Positions 28,047-38,500 of a DNA stretch of 54,503 nucleotides are shown piece by piece. This DNA comes from an uncultured Candidatus Saccharibacteria bacterium. Its GTDB lineage: Bacteria > Patescibacteriota > Minisyncoccia > Phycocordibacterales > UBA9973. The stretch is taken from positions 1 to 54,503 of the forward strand of contig CAZSFR010000001.1 in NCBI GenBank assembly GCA_964606295.1. Direction: 5' to 3'. The stretch's first letter is position 1. Each line of letters opens with the position of its first letter. Made by a program: the position numbers and the translations under genes. The notes beneath the pieces are model-generated. The model made no database searches. It had not been told where the DNA came from and was given only the letters and a program-made list of their open reading frames with translations.

Positions 28047-29340
28047 AAGTTTCATAACGATTTTTCTTTTCATAGGCATTTTTGCCGTCTCTTTTGGTAT
28101 GCTTACAGCTTCCGCAGAGAACGTTGCAGAGAATCTACAGTCGCAAATTAGTTCCCATGGCGCAGAGATTGAAAGACTCAATCAGGAAATTGCGACATAT
28201 CAAATCGAGCTCAACACTCTAGGAAAACAATCCAATACTCTTGCAAATCAAGTCAAGGAACTTGATACCAATAAGAAAAAGTTGTTAACGAATATCAAGC
28301 TGATAGAGGCCAAGATAAAACAGGCCGAAGAAGATATTGTCAGTCTTGGCGGTGAAATCAAAAGCAAAGAAGTTACGATCACTCATCGTGGTGAGTTGAT
28401 TGCAGAGAACATCAGACGACTCAACGAATCGAGCGAGACAACAATCCTCGAGATGCTTTTGACTGAAGAATCTTTTACAGACGCATGGACGACTGTCGAT
28501 GGAGTGAGGTCATTTCAAGACGCTATAAGAAATGATGTAAAAGAACTTTCAAAAGCAAAAACAATCCTTATAAATGAGCAGACATCTGTTACTGAAAAAA
28601 GACAAGAACTCGTCGTCCTCCGAACATCGCTCGATGATCAAAAAAAAATAGTTGATCAGAGTGTCAAAGAGAAAAATGATCTTTTGACTTCAACCAAAAA
28701 TCAAGAGGGTGCATATGCCAAGCTTGTTGCTAGCCGCAAAGCACTTGTCCTTGCGTTTGAAGCAGAACTTCGCTCGTATGAGGAACAACTCAAGTACCAT
28801 CTCGACCCCAATTCTTTGCCACAAATCGGTTCTGCGCCACTTTCATGGCCACTTGATGCGATTCTTATTACACAACAATTCGGAAAAACTGTTGATTCTA
28901 TAAGACTCTACGCATCGGGTTCACACTCAGGAACAGACTTCAGGGCCGCGCTTGGAACACCCGTTTATGCCATGGCTACAGGAACTGTTGGTGGAGTGGG
29001 AGATACGGACCTCTCATGCAAAGGTGCATCCTTTGGTAAGTGGGTGCTTATCCGTTATGACAATAATTTAGCATCAACGTATGGACACTTATCTCTTGTG
29101 AAAGCAGTAAACGGACAGAGAGTAAACAGGGGAGACATCGTTGCGTACAGTGGCAACAGTGGTCACTCCACGGCTCCGCACCTCCATATAAGCCTTTATG
29201 TCTCTGATGCAGTTGCTGTGACTCCACTACCATCGCTTTCTTGTGCTGGAAAAACTCTCACACAACCGCGTGCTGCCATCAACGCATATCTGGATCCTCT
29301 AATGTATATGCCGAGAACAACTCCAAGTATGTATAAATAG
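28027..29340 (+). CDS. M23 peptidase with N-terminal coiled coil (EnvC-like)
   Basis: It has a signal or TM segment, a long coiled coil, and then HSGTDFRA...GNSGHSTAPHLH. Confidence 0.85.
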   Translation: MQKIHSKSFITIFLFIGIFAVSFGMLTASAENVAENLQSQISSHGAEIERLNQEIATYQIELNTLGKQSNTLANQVKELDTNKKKLLTNIKLIEAKIKQAEEDIVSLGGEIKSKEVTITHRGELIAENIRRLNESSETTILEMLLTEESFTDAWTTVDGVRSFQDAIRNDVKELSKAKTILINEQTSVTEKRQELVVLRTSLDDQKKIVDQSVKEKNDLLTSTKNQEGAYAKLVASRKALVLAFEAELRSYEEQLKYHLDPNSLPQIGSAPLSWPLDAILITQQFGKTVDSIRLYASGSHSGTDFRAALGTPVYAMATGTVGGVGDTDLSCKGASFGKWVLIRYDNNLASTYGHLSLVKAVNGQRVNRGDIVAYSGNSGHSTAPHLHISLYVSDAVAVTPLPSLSCAGKTLTQPRAAINAYLDPLMYMPRTTPSMYK

Positions 29341-29481
29341 AAAGTCAGAAAATATTTGTCAGGTGTAGTAGTACTGGACTGGCTCTTGCAAATTAAAGCA
29401 ATTAATAGACGTAAAAGATATATTGTGCGACTATGTCACAATAAAGAGCTTTAGCAATGAAGGTTGTTTGGCACTTATCCC

Positions 29482-30372
29482 CTAGTGACCACTTTGTACA
29501 CAAGTGTTAAATGAATTGACTTGCGCATTATATGTCGTAATGCTGTTTTTTAGTTTGTCAGCAAGTAGGTTGTAGTCAGAAACTTCCTGATTGTAGGAAT
29601 CAATTCTTGATTCGTAGCCCGGCTCATTGTCGTCCATGGATTCTATCACCTCTTTGTCAGCGATGATGTTTGCTTCTTTGGTCACAAGATCTCCTTTTTC
29701 TGCATCGATAGTTGCCTTCAGTCTACTATCGATGGATCCGCACACCGAAAGTGGTTCACCAAAATGTTGAACACCAATCCAAACTTCTTGTCCTTGATAT
29801 ATTCCATTTTTTACTGAAACACCTATCTCGATGTAGCGAGTATTCATTATGTTTGCTCGGTGACCTGGACTGTTCATCCACGCAGTCACTATATCTGCGC
29901 TGTCAGTAAAGTTGCCAAGTGCGAGGTTTTCTCCAACGAAGACATATGCATAGTCAGCTTCTTTTGCGAGATCGCTAATATCTTGTCCGTCTGGAGACAT
30001 GTGCTCAAAATATTGATTGGTAAACATATCGTCTACTTTTCTTTCTGCGGACGTACTGAGTTCTACATTCATCGTAAGCGCAGGCAATCCTTCTGAAGCT
30101 CGCTCAAGGTTTGTACGGTCTATTACTTCATCACGGGTCAGCTCTGTCTCTTCTTGCTTCGACGGATCAATACGGGAAAGAGGTCCCGGTAAGAAATTAT
30201 CTGTTAGAGAATATCCACTAAGAACTTGATTGAATCGCTCTCGTAAAGTCTTTGCGATGTCATCCTCCTTAAGTGTCCTCACTATACTTATAGTCGAAAT
30301 AATAACTGCAAAAATACTTATCAGAGTTACAATAAGTTCTATAATAAATTTTTTTCTGGGATTGAGGTTCAT
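29482..30372 (-). CDS. CAP/SCP (YkwD-like) domain protein, membrane anchored
   Basis: SPGHRANIM motif. The start is set at MNLNPRKKF, 7 nt after the upstream gene's stop; the ORF is open to 30474. Confidence 0.7.
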   Translation of the reverse strand: MNLNPRKKFIIELIVTLISIFAVIISTISIVRTLKEDDIAKTLRERFNQVLSGYSLTDNFLPGPLSRIDPSKQEETELTRDEVIDRTNLERASEGLPALTMNVELSTSAERKVDDMFTNQYFEHMSPDGQDISDLAKEADYAYVFVGENLALGNFTDSADIVTAWMNSPGHRANIMNTRYIEIGVSVKNGIYQGQEVWIGVQHFGEPLSVCGSIDSRLKATIDAEKGDLVTKEANIIADKEVIESMDDNEPGYESRIDSYNQEVSDYNLLADKLKNSITTYNAQVNSFNTCVQSGH

Positions 30373-30379
30373 TTTTGAC

Positions 30380-30730
30380 TTAGTTGCAAGAACTTGACGC
30401 TTCATAACCTGCAAGAATAGCTTCTTGGCTAGACTGGAAGTATACCCTGTTTTCGTCATGGATTCTATTAGCACTTGAGCATGAAACGGGATAGTATTTC
30501 GTGCCGTTTCGGGAGGCTACGTACTTCCCTTTTGATTCATCCTCTGCTCGTACAGCATATGCGTCCATTTCAAGGACGTTTCCAACAATTTGGACACTTG
30601 ATGAGGTCGTGGTCTCTTGTTGAGTCGAGAGTCTTCCCAAGCCAAAAGCGCCAGCTCCAACAAGGACGATAATGGCTATTATGGCTATGTCGTAATGATT
30701 GCTTAAACACCAAAGCTTGATTTTTCTCAT
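30380..30730 (-). CDS. small membrane-anchored protein with Cys-containing C-terminal domain
   Basis: A TM segment is followed by YVASRNGTKYYPVSCSSANRI...NRVYFQSSQEAILAGYEASSSC. The start is set at MRKIKLW; the ORF is open to 30820. Confidence 0.5.
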   Translation of the reverse strand: MRKIKLWCLSNHYDIAIIAIIVLVGAGAFGLGRLSTQQETTTSSSVQIVGNVLEMDAYAVRAEDESKGKYVASRNGTKYYPVSCSSANRIHDENRVYFQSSQEAILAGYEASSSCN

Positions 30731-30811
30731 AGATTCTGCTATAGTAGCTCTCATATTATAGAAGAAATTAATACTTTTTGCGAGCCGAAAAGGCAGCAGA
30801 ATTAGAACATT

Positions 30812-31084
30812 ATGGCACATCGAAAAGCAGGCGGTTCCGCAAAAAACCTCAAAGATTCAAATCCAAAGTACCTCGGTACTAAGTTATACGAAGGACAGTC
30901 AGCAAAAGCTGGCAATATCATCATAAGGCAGCGTGGCACAAAGATTTTGGCCGGCAAGAACGTCGGTACTGGTAAGGACCACACTCTTTTCGCGCTTGTC
31001 CCTGGTAAGATCAAGTTTGGAACGAAGAGAAAGATTGCAATTGATGGAAAAACTGAAGTCAAAAAAGTAGTTCACGTTATATAA
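30812..31084 (+). CDS. rpmA: 50S ribosomal protein L27
   Basis: [12 protein letters not shown]...IIIRQRGTK is nearly invariant in L27. Confidence 0.95.
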   Translation: MAHRKAGGSAKNLKDSNPKYLGTKLYEGQSAKAGNIIIRQRGTKILAGKNVGTGKDHTLFALVPGKIKFGTKRKIAIDGKTEVKKVVHVI

Positions 31085-31086
31085 AT

Positions 31087-31119
31087 AAAAAAAACATCCT
31101 AGTTTGGGATGTTTTTTTT
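31087..31119. terminator. bidirectional intrinsic terminator (rpmA / prfA)
   Basis: AAAAAAAACATCC-tagtttg-GGATGTTTTTTTT lies between convergent genes. Confidence 0.8.
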
Positions 31120-31124
31120 ATTTC

Positions 31125-32099
31125 TTAACTCTCCTCATCTTCATTGCCGAGAGTACCGAGACTCAATGCTTCTAGCATGTTATCTATTTGGCCAAGCATA
31201 GAAAGTGGAATGTTGTGCCATGATTGTTTGATACGGTGGTCAGTGATGCGATCTTGCGGAAAGTTATACGTGCGGATTTTCTCGGATCTATCCCCTGTTC
31301 CAATTTGGTTCTTGCGTGTCTCAGAATATTTCTTCGCATCCTCTTCGTCTTGCTTCATTTGAAGTTTTGACATGAGGATCATCATCGCTTTTTGACGGTT
31401 GTTTTGCTGACTTCTCTCTGACGTACAGCGAACATCGATGCCTGTCGGTATATGTATGAGACGCACCGCTGTTTCAACTTTGTTGACATTTTGTCCACCT
31501 TTGCCACCTGAGCGCGAGTATTCCATTTCGATGTCTCCAGGAGGGATATCAATTTTTGAATTTTTGCGAAGTGGTAGTATAGCCACAGACGCGGTCGAAG
31601 TGTGGACACGGCCGTTTTTCTCCGTGGCAGGGATACGCTGTACCCTGTGTACTCCTGTCTCGTACTGAAGCATTTTGTAGACATCTTCCCCTTTGATTTC
31701 AAATGACGCCTCCTTGTAACCACCAACATCGTTGATTGACTCGTCGACAACTTTCCATGTCCATTTTTTGCGTTCAGTGTAGCGCTCATACATGCGTGCA
31801 AGTTCCCAGGCAAATAATGATGCTTCGTCCCCTCCTGCTCCTGCGCGTACTTCGAGTATGATTTCATTAGGAAATTCCTCCTCCTCCTTCTCACTTTCTA
31901 CAATCTTCTCAATTTCAGAAAGTGTTCCTTCTTTTTGGATACGAATATTTGAGAGATCTTCTTCTGCCAGCTCCTTCATTGTTGGGTCACTTTCGATAAG
32001 TAAAAGAAGGCTCGCTTCTTCAGCTTCGAGCTTTTCAAGTGATTCTATAAGAAAGCTGGTTTTGTAACTTTTTTTTAGTTCTGTTCTATCGAGTTCCAT
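31125..32099 (-). CDS. prfA: peptide chain release factor 1
   Basis: It has the PAT tripeptide ([15 protein letters not shown]) and GGQ ([17 protein letters not shown]). The start is set at MELDRTE; the ORF is open to 32126. Confidence 0.9.
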   Translation of the reverse strand: MELDRTELKKSYKTSFLIESLEKLEAEEASLLLLIESDPTMKELAEEDLSNIRIQKEGTLSEIEKIVESEKEEEEFPNEIILEVRAGAGGDEASLFAWELARMYERYTERKKWTWKVVDESINDVGGYKEASFEIKGEDVYKMLQYETGVHRVQRIPATEKNGRVHTSTASVAILPLRKNSKIDIPPGDIEMEYSRSGGKGGQNVNKVETAVRLIHIPTGIDVRCTSERSQQNNRQKAMMILMSKLQMKQDEEDAKKYSETRKNQIGTGDRSEKIRTYNFPQDRITDHRIKQSWHNIPLSMLGQIDNMLEALSLGTLGNEDEES

Positions 32100-32110
32100 A
32101 CATTTGGAAA

Positions 32111-32141
32111 GCAAAAAGCAAACCATACCAGTTTGCTTTGC
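32111..32141 (-). terminator. intrinsic terminator after rpmE
   Basis: The minus strand reads AAAGCAAAC-tggtatg-GTTTGCTTTTTGC. Confidence 0.7.
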
Positions 32142-32159
32142 TTTGTGAATTTTCAGTTG

Positions 32160-32420
32160 TTAACGCTTTGCAGCAGCTTGACGTTTCTTGAACTTATCAA
32201 CGCGTCCGGCGACATCGAGCATAGTGTCACGTTTACCTGTATAAAAAGGATGTGACGAACTCGAGATTTCAACACGATAAAGCGGATACTCCTTTCCATC
32301 GTCCTTGAACTTTCCGGTTTCCTTTTTAGCAATAGTTGACAAAATCAAATACTGTGCTCCAGTGGCACTGTCTTCAAATATGACTTTTCTGAGATTGCTT
32401 GGGTGTGTATCTTTTTTCAT
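32160..32420 (-). CDS. rpmE: 50S ribosomal protein L31 (type B, no CxxC)
   Basis: MKKDTHP...HPFYTGK. The ORF is open to 32438. Confidence 0.9.
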   Translation of the reverse strand: MKKDTHPSNLRKVIFEDSATGAQYLILSTIAKKETGKFKDDGKEYPLYRVEISSSSHPFYTGKRDTMLDVAGRVDKFKKRQAAAKR

Positions 32421-32441
32421 GCCTGTAGAGTATATCACAAC

Positions 32442-33809
32442 TTAAAAGCTGTGTAAAATGTCGATATTAGCCTGAATGCGGGCTGCGCGCGTCATTACTT
32501 GAGTTCCGTAGACAGTCGTAATGCTGGTGCAACCAGAGCCACCACCGTAGTAACGGCAAGCTGCATTGAGTTCAGCTGTATAGCCTCCCTTCCCTGCCCC
32601 AAGGTCGCCAAGGTACATTGAACTTGCCATGATCCCGTGTTCTGGTACCCACGGACTTACAGAAGAGACTCCGAGAGTTACAGATATTCTGTTCTCGAAG
32701 ATTACCCATGTTGACGGTATAAACTGCGCCAAACCGAGTGCGCCTCCGTAACCAAATGATAGAGGGCAAGAGACGGGGGTCGTAAAGGGATCAAGATTGA
32801 GCTTTTTTGTAATAGCCAAAAATGGTGTGACATCTCGTGTTGGCTTCATAACATTAGAAAATGGCGTTCCTGTATTTTTTCCAACACCAGCACCAGTCAC
32901 AGTATTTTTTAAGTAGCATGAACCAACGTTTGCACCATAATTTGATTCTTGTTCGAGTACTGCCAGAACTACTGCTGGACGGACGCCAGTCTTTTTTTGA
33001 GCAGATTCAGCATATGTCAATGCAGTTCCAAATGGAATTGCGCCAGAGTCGCGAAGCTGGAAAAGTGCTGCGCGTATTGACGATGCTTTCTTCTGTCTTT
33101 CAGCTAGCACTTTTTGGTATTCCGTTTCCTTTCCTTTGCTTACACTCAGTAATTTTTTCTTCTCTTGTTCGTTGAGCTCAACTTTTTTCTTGCTGTCTTC
33201 GAGAGAGACTTTCGTGTCTACTTCAGCATTTTTTTTGTCCTCAAGTGCTTGCTTTTCCTCAGTAGTCTTTCCTTGAACTTGTTCTATTTCCGCGACCGAG
33301 AGCCTGATGTCTTCCTTGATGGATTGGAATGAATCGAGGTCGACGTAAAATTCTGAAAGTGACTGTTTGCCAAGCACAATGTGTATCAATGATGTATCGT
33401 TTATTTCATTGGTTTTTCGCAAAAGTTGAGCGAGAGATTCTTTCTCACGTTCTATTTTTTGATCGAGTGTTTCGATGACATCTTGTTTGTTTACAATTTC
33501 TTCAGATAGTTTAGTGATTTGAAGGTTTTTTGCCTTGATGTTCAATTTTGCTTGTGCAATTTGGTTAGTGAGTATTGAAACATCTCGAGATATCGAACCC
33601 GTCTGCTTCTTTTGGCCCGCTAGAAGTTTCTCCTTTTCAGAAATTTCCGCTTCGAGTACCACTAATTCTGCCACTAAAGCCGCTCGCTCTTGCTCGGTTA
33701 GCGCAAGTACTGTGAGTACGGGTGTCATCATGAAAATGAATGCGAAAAGAACCGCTATGATATGTTTGCGGTTTATTTCGGAATAAATTTGTTTTGAAGA
33801 TATTTTCAT
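32442..33809 (-). CDS. coiled-coil protein with C-terminal lytic transglycosylase (MltB/SLT_2-like) domain
   Basis: It has an N-terminal TM segment, a long coiled coil, and then VLAVLEQESNYG...GLAQFIPSTW. Confidence 0.7.
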   Translation of the reverse strand: MKISSKQIYSEINRKHIIAVLFAFIFMMTPVLTVLALTEQERAALVAELVVLEAEISEKEKLLAGQKKQTGSISRDVSILTNQIAQAKLNIKAKNLQITKLSEEIVNKQDVIETLDQKIEREKESLAQLLRKTNEINDTSLIHIVLGKQSLSEFYVDLDSFQSIKEDIRLSVAEIEQVQGKTTEEKQALEDKKNAEVDTKVSLEDSKKKVELNEQEKKKLLSVSKGKETEYQKVLAERQKKASSIRAALFQLRDSGAIPFGTALTYAESAQKKTGVRPAVVLAVLEQESNYGANVGSCYLKNTVTGAGVGKNTGTPFSNVMKPTRDVTPFLAITKKLNLDPFTTPVSCPLSFGYGGALGLAQFIPSTWVIFENRISVTLGVSSVSPWVPEHGIMASSMYLGDLGAGKGGYTAELNAACRYYGGGSGCTSITTVYGTQVMTRAARIQANIDILHSF

Positions 33810-33842
33810 ATCAAGTACCTGCTGCCTTGGTGCTCAATAGCT

Positions 33843-34481
33843 TTATGAAGCTGGAGCTTCTTCGGCGTCCTCTTTCTTGCCTTTCTTCTCAACTTCGATT
33901 GCATTTAAATCAACAACCTCGTTAACAACCTCTTCCTCCTTTTCTTTTTCAATAAGAGCAACTAAGTCTTCCGCCCTGCCGATAAGTGTAATGTTTGCAG
34001 GAAGAATAATGTCGCCAGAAGTTATGTGGTCCTCGAGTGTTGCAAGCTTAGAAATATCTGCTTCAACTGAGTGTGGAAGCGATTTAGGAAGTCCTTCGAC
34101 GCGAATTTCGTGAAGTACCTTTACGAGCATACCCAAGCCAGATTTGACCGCAGGAGACTCACCAATGAATTCAATCGGAATATTTACCTCAATAGGCTTT
34201 GATGTGTCGATGGCCAAGAAATCGGCGTGTATAGGCTCATCAGTGACAGGATTAACCTGTACATCGTGGATAAGTGCATCAAACTCGCCTGCCTCAGTCC
34301 TAACACTTATTGTTCCAGATTCCCCTGCTTCTTTCCATACTTTTTTAAAATCTATCAAACCAATAGCTAATGATGTTGATGGGGTATTAAAACCGTATAT
34401 TACAGCCGGTATTTTGCCGTTTCCTAGTAATGTCTCGCGTGTCGCGCTGGAGTCTCTTTTGGTAGCTTCTATTGTAGTCAT
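33843..34481 (-). CDS. rplY: 50S ribosomal protein L25 / Ctc form
   Basis: GKIPAVIYG...VQVNPVTDEPIHADF with an acidic tail. The ORF is open to 34511. Confidence 0.85.
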   Translation of the reverse strand: MTTIEATKRDSSATRETLLGNGKIPAVIYGFNTPSTSLAIGLIDFKKVWKEAGESGTISVRTEAGEFDALIHDVQVNPVTDEPIHADFLAIDTSKPIEVNIPIEFIGESPAVKSGLGMLVKVLHEIRVEGLPKSLPHSVEADISKLATLEDHITSGDIILPANITLIGRAEDLVALIEKEKEEEVVNEVVDLNAIEVEKKGKKEDAEEAPAS

Positions 34482-34553
34482 ATTGTCAAATTCTATGCGA
34501 AATAACGCCAAAAGTCAACGTTTTGTGACAAAGAAGTAATTGTATGCAGATTT

Positions 34554-36227
34554 CTACTCTTTTATGAAGTAGCGCTTTATGTCTTCCTTTGTACCACCAA
34601 CTTTTTTGCGAGGATTGAAAATGTGTTTAGGGTCAAAAATTTCCTTTGTCTGTGAAAAATAGGAAAGGATTGTCGGCGAGAACATCTTTTCGAGATATGG
34701 CGTGCGGATAATGCCGTCGTTATGTTCTGCTGTGATGGAACCACCGAGCTCGGCGACAAGGTTGTATACTTTGTCTGAGACAGAAAGAATAATCTCCATG
34801 TTCGTTGACTCCTTTGGATCGAGAAGCGTGTAAATATGCATATTACCATCACCTGAATGTCCACCGACAGCAAAAGTCATTTTGTCTTTGTGTTCGTCAA
34901 GAATTTTATATAAGGCTGGATAGAATACAGATAATTTATCTGGTGTAACTATGACATCATCTATAAACGGCTCAGATTTCTTCTTTTTGAGATGATAACG
35001 GATGAGATTGAACGCTTGATGTCGTATGGTCCAATACTTTCTCGCTTCGAATTCGCTTTTTGTCAAATGAATTCCAATTTTCCTAAAATCTTCGAGCGTT
35101 TTTGTTGCTTCTAGTGCTTGTGCATTTAGAGCATCTTCGGAGTCACCGGTATATTCCACTAGCATTATTAAGTGCGGAAACCCATACCTGAGGGTCATGA
35201 GTGTCTCTGGGCCGAAACTAAAAATAAGTCTAAAAAAGTTCTTTATTCCCAGAAGTTTCGCAAAGCTGTAAATGTAGCGTAATACAATCAAAAATGTTTT
35301 GTCGTCGTAACACTCCATGCTTTCAGGTCGTGTCTTCAGAATTTTATTTACTAAATCGGGCAAGATATCCAAATCACGCAAGAAAAGTACAATGAGTCTC
35401 GAGTACTTTTTGGGTTGGACAAGACGAAAAGTAATTTCAGTAATAATACCAAGCGTTCCTTGTGAACCAACAATAAGAGCGCAAAGATCAAACGTGCCAG
35501 CGCTTTTGTCATAGACATTCCATAAGTAATATCCAGCAGAATTTTTTGAAACTTTCGGTTTTGCTGAAATGATTTCCTCGTAGTTTGTACTGATAAGTTC
35601 AAAAAGAGCACTATAAATATTTCCCTCTCTTCCTGCACCAGACACTTTCCCTTTTAGTTCAGAGAGCGTTAATGGCTTCATCTCGTACACATTACCATCA
35701 TCGAAAACAACGCGAAGACTAGTTACGAAGTTTTCTGTTTTTCCGTATACAAGAGACTTTTCGCCACCAGCATTGTTTCCCACCATTCCACCCACAGTAC
35801 ATATATCGCGGGACGCACTATATGTCGGCATTACTAAGCCAAGCTTTTTAGTTTCAATGTCGAAATCCCTGTAATACGTTCCTGGCAGAACTCTTGCTAT
35901 GCCACCATCATCTATTTTTTCGACAGAAAGTGTGCCGTACATGTATTTGGTAACATCGATAATAATTGAATTATTAATAGCCCCACCCGACATACAGGTT
36001 CCAGCACTTCGTACTGTCAGAGAAAGTTCTGGATTTTCTATCTTGTTCTCGCTAACAAATCTTACGAGCGCAGAAATATCCTTTTCGTGCTTTGGATATA
36101 CGACGCATGTCGGCATGATTTCGAAAATACTCGCATCGCGACTTGCAATTTTGCGGACAGCATCATCAAATACTACATCTCCCTCAATGATTTCTTCCAG
36201 ACTCTTTTTTAAGATTTCAGATGTCAT
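34554..36227 (-). CDS. FAD-linked oxidase (PCMH / FAD_binding_4 family, GlcD-like)
   Basis: VRSAGTCMSGGA, GTLGIITE and a C-terminal HGDGNMH-like segment. Its ATG lies 1 nt after the murG stop. Confidence 0.8.
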   Translation of the reverse strand: MTSEILKKSLEEIIEGDVVFDDAVRKIASRDASIFEIMPTCVVYPKHEKDISALVRFVSENKIENPELSLTVRSAGTCMSGGAINNSIIIDVTKYMYGTLSVEKIDDGGIARVLPGTYYRDFDIETKKLGLVMPTYSASRDICTVGGMVGNNAGGEKSLVYGKTENFVTSLRVVFDDGNVYEMKPLTLSELKGKVSGAGREGNIYSALFELISTNYEEIISAKPKVSKNSAGYYLWNVYDKSAGTFDLCALIVGSQGTLGIITEITFRLVQPKKYSRLIVLFLRDLDILPDLVNKILKTRPESMECYDDKTFLIVLRYIYSFAKLLGIKNFFRLIFSFGPETLMTLRYGFPHLIMLVEYTGDSEDALNAQALEATKTLEDFRKIGIHLTKSEFEARKYWTIRHQAFNLIRYHLKKKKSEPFIDDVIVTPDKLSVFYPALYKILDEHKDKMTFAVGGHSGDGNMHIYTLLDPKESTNMEIILSVSDKVYNLVAELGGSITAEHNDGIIRTPYLEKMFSPTILSYFSQTKEIFDPKHIFNPRKKVGGTKEDIKRYFIKE

Positions 36228-36228
36228 A

Positions 36229-37365
36229 TTATTTTTCGTGCGAAAGTCCGATTGCTAAAACTTCTTTTGCCATTATACGAGCGGCGTCAGTCACTGCTGT
36301 ACTTTTGGCGCTAGTAGACATTTTTTGCCAAAGAGCTTGATCGCTTAGTATTCTATCAATTTCTGCAAATAAAATAGTGTGGGAGAGATTTGGTTGCTCC
36401 ATAACTATCGCTCCCCCGTGTCGGGCATAGCTATATGCATTTGTTCTTTGGTGCCCAGCATGGTCAACCGCTTCTGGAAGCGGTATTAAGATTGATGGTA
36501 TTCCCCATGCCGAAATCTCGCCAATAGAAGTTCCGCCAGCACGCGATATATATAATTTGGCAACACCTGCACACATTTTCGTCGCGAGTGGATTGAAAAA
36601 TCCAAACACTTTATAACGTTCTTTATTCGGACTATTTTCAAGAACTATATCTGCCGCAGCGGTTATCTCCTTTTCATTTTTCTTTCCAACCTGATGTATG
36701 ACTTGATATTTCGTTAGGAGTTGTGGAAGTGTCTCAATGATAACATCGTTGATTGTTTCGGCGCCTGTAGATCCTCCAACAATAACGATGGTTGGTATTG
36801 TTGGGTTGAGCTTGAGATATTCATAGGCTCCTTCTTTTGCAGGAACCAAAATGTCACCCCGAATTGGTTGACCAACAAGCGCTGTTCTATCTTTTGGGAA
36901 AAACTCAGCTGCCTCAGGGAATGCTATACCAATACGCTTTGCAAATTTGCTTGCCCATAGGTTTACACGACCTGGATGCGTATCTGACTCATGTAAGACG
37001 ACAGGTATTCGAAGAATACGAGCTGCAACAAGTGTTGGAAAACTTGCAAAACCTCCCTTTGACACAACGACATCAGGATAGATGACATACAATACTAAAA
37101 GCGCTAAAACTATACCAGAGAGCGTTTTAAATTTATCAAAAAAATTTAGCAGTGAAGTGTATGTGCGTACCTTTCCCGCATTTATTTTCTTGAATGTTAT
37201 TCCATTCTCAAAAAGAGCGACCTTGTCATATGGATCGTTTGAAACATAATATAGTTTCAATTCTATAATTTTTTCCATTTCAGCAATCTTTCGGAGTTCT
37301 TCGGCAATAGCTATCAAAGGGAAAAAATGTCCTCCTGTGCCACCACCTGCTAATACAATTTTCAT
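36229..37365 (-). CDS. murG: undecaprenyldiphospho-muramoylpentapeptide beta-N-acetylglucosaminyltransferase
   Basis: GGGTGGHFFPLIAIAEEL and the GT28 architecture. Confidence 0.9.
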   Translation of the reverse strand: MKIVLAGGGTGGHFFPLIAIAEELRKIAEMEKIIELKLYYVSNDPYDKVALFENGITFKKINAGKVRTYTSLLNFFDKFKTLSGIVLALLVLYVIYPDVVVSKGGFASFPTLVAARILRIPVVLHESDTHPGRVNLWASKFAKRIGIAFPEAAEFFPKDRTALVGQPIRGDILVPAKEGAYEYLKLNPTIPTIVIVGGSTGAETINDVIIETLPQLLTKYQVIHQVGKKNEKEITAAADIVLENSPNKERYKVFGFFNPLATKMCAGVAKLYISRAGGTSIGEISAWGIPSILIPLPEAVDHAGHQRTNAYSYARHGGAIVMEQPNLSHTILFAEIDRILSDQALWQKMSTSAKSTAVTDAARIMAKEVLAIGLSHEK

Positions 37366-37397
37366 ATATTCATTATAAAATAGGACTAAAAATTATC

Positions 37398-38498
37398 CTA
37401 ACGTCCCATTTGCGCCGTTTTCGAGATGCTCAATACAAGAGCAGTAATGCCCAACGAAAGGGCCAACGCAGTTCCACCGTGGCTTACGAAAACAAGAGGA
37501 ACACCTGTTAATGGAAAAAGTCCTATAATTGACGCAATGTTCATGAGTGACTGAATAATGATAAGTGTAATGAATCCAACAATAAGAAGTTTTCCAAATA
37601 GATCTGGAGTTTTTGATGCGATACGATAACCACGCATTGCAAAAGATATAAAAAGAAAAATAAGTATCGACGTCCCAATAAATCCAAATTCCTCTCCGAC
37701 AACAGCGAAGACAGAGTCACCTTGTGGCTCTGGAAGATAGCTGAATTTTTGAATACTTTGTCCCGGCCCACGACCGAAGATACCGCCGGACCCTATTGCA
37801 ATTAAAGATTGTTTGAGCTGATAAGATGATCCTTGGGGATCGCTTGCTGGGTTTATGAATGTAGTAACACGATCCATAAGATACGGACGTGTCGTCACAA
37901 GGAATGTTCCTGCGGCAAGTCCTACAAACATAATAATGATGACGTATTTCAGTTTAAGTCCTGCAACAAAATACATTGCAAGTACTGAGGCTATTATGAG
38001 AAGAAGACTCTTCGTGTCTGGTTGTGGGATAAGAAGTCCAGCGCAAACACCAGTAATCGCTAGAAATGGCAATAAGCCGTACCTGATTGTGTTGACTCTC
38101 CCCTTTACCCAAGATAGCCAGCCGGCCATATAGAGAACGACAGCAATTTTCAAAAATTCTGCAGGCTGAAATGATACAGGACCTAAAGATACCCACCTAT
38201 TTGCTCCCCCGTGGCTAAGCGCAAGGCTAGGGATATAGACAAGCAAAGTCACCATGATTGACCCGATGAGAATGAAGAATGCCAAGTTCTTCCATTTTTG
38301 GTATTGAGTTTTAAGAACAATAATAAAAAGAATGGTTCCACAACCGAGTCCTAAAAGAAGTTGATTGGTGATGACTCCCCAAAATTTTGCTTCATTTTTA
38401 GCCAGTATTCCCATTGATGCTGAAATGAAAATAATAATCCCCAAAATAGTAAGGATTGTCGTAAGCACAAGGAAAACTTTGTCTACTTTTGCAAACAT
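37398..38498 (-). CDS. ftsW: SEDS-family peptidoglycan polymerase FtsW/RodA
   Basis: It has about 10 TM helices and PEPQGDSVFAVVGEEFGFIG. The start is set at MFAKVDK, just after the mraY stop; the ORF is open to 38588. Confidence 0.85.
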   Translation of the reverse strand: MFAKVDKVFLVLTTILTILGIIIFISASMGILAKNEAKFWGVITNQLLLGLGCGTILFIIVLKTQYQKWKNLAFFILIGSIMVTLLVYIPSLALSHGGANRWVSLGPVSFQPAEFLKIAVVLYMAGWLSWVKGRVNTIRYGLLPFLAITGVCAGLLIPQPDTKSLLLIIASVLAMYFVAGLKLKYVIIIMFVGLAAGTFLVTTRPYLMDRVTTFINPASDPQGSSYQLKQSLIAIGSGGIFGRGPGQSIQKFSYLPEPQGDSVFAVVGEEFGFIGTSILIFLFISFAMRGYRIASKTPDLFGKLLIVGFITLIIIQSLMNIASIIGLFPLTGVPLVFVSHGGTALALSLGITALVLSISKTAQMGR

Positions 38499-38500
38499 AC

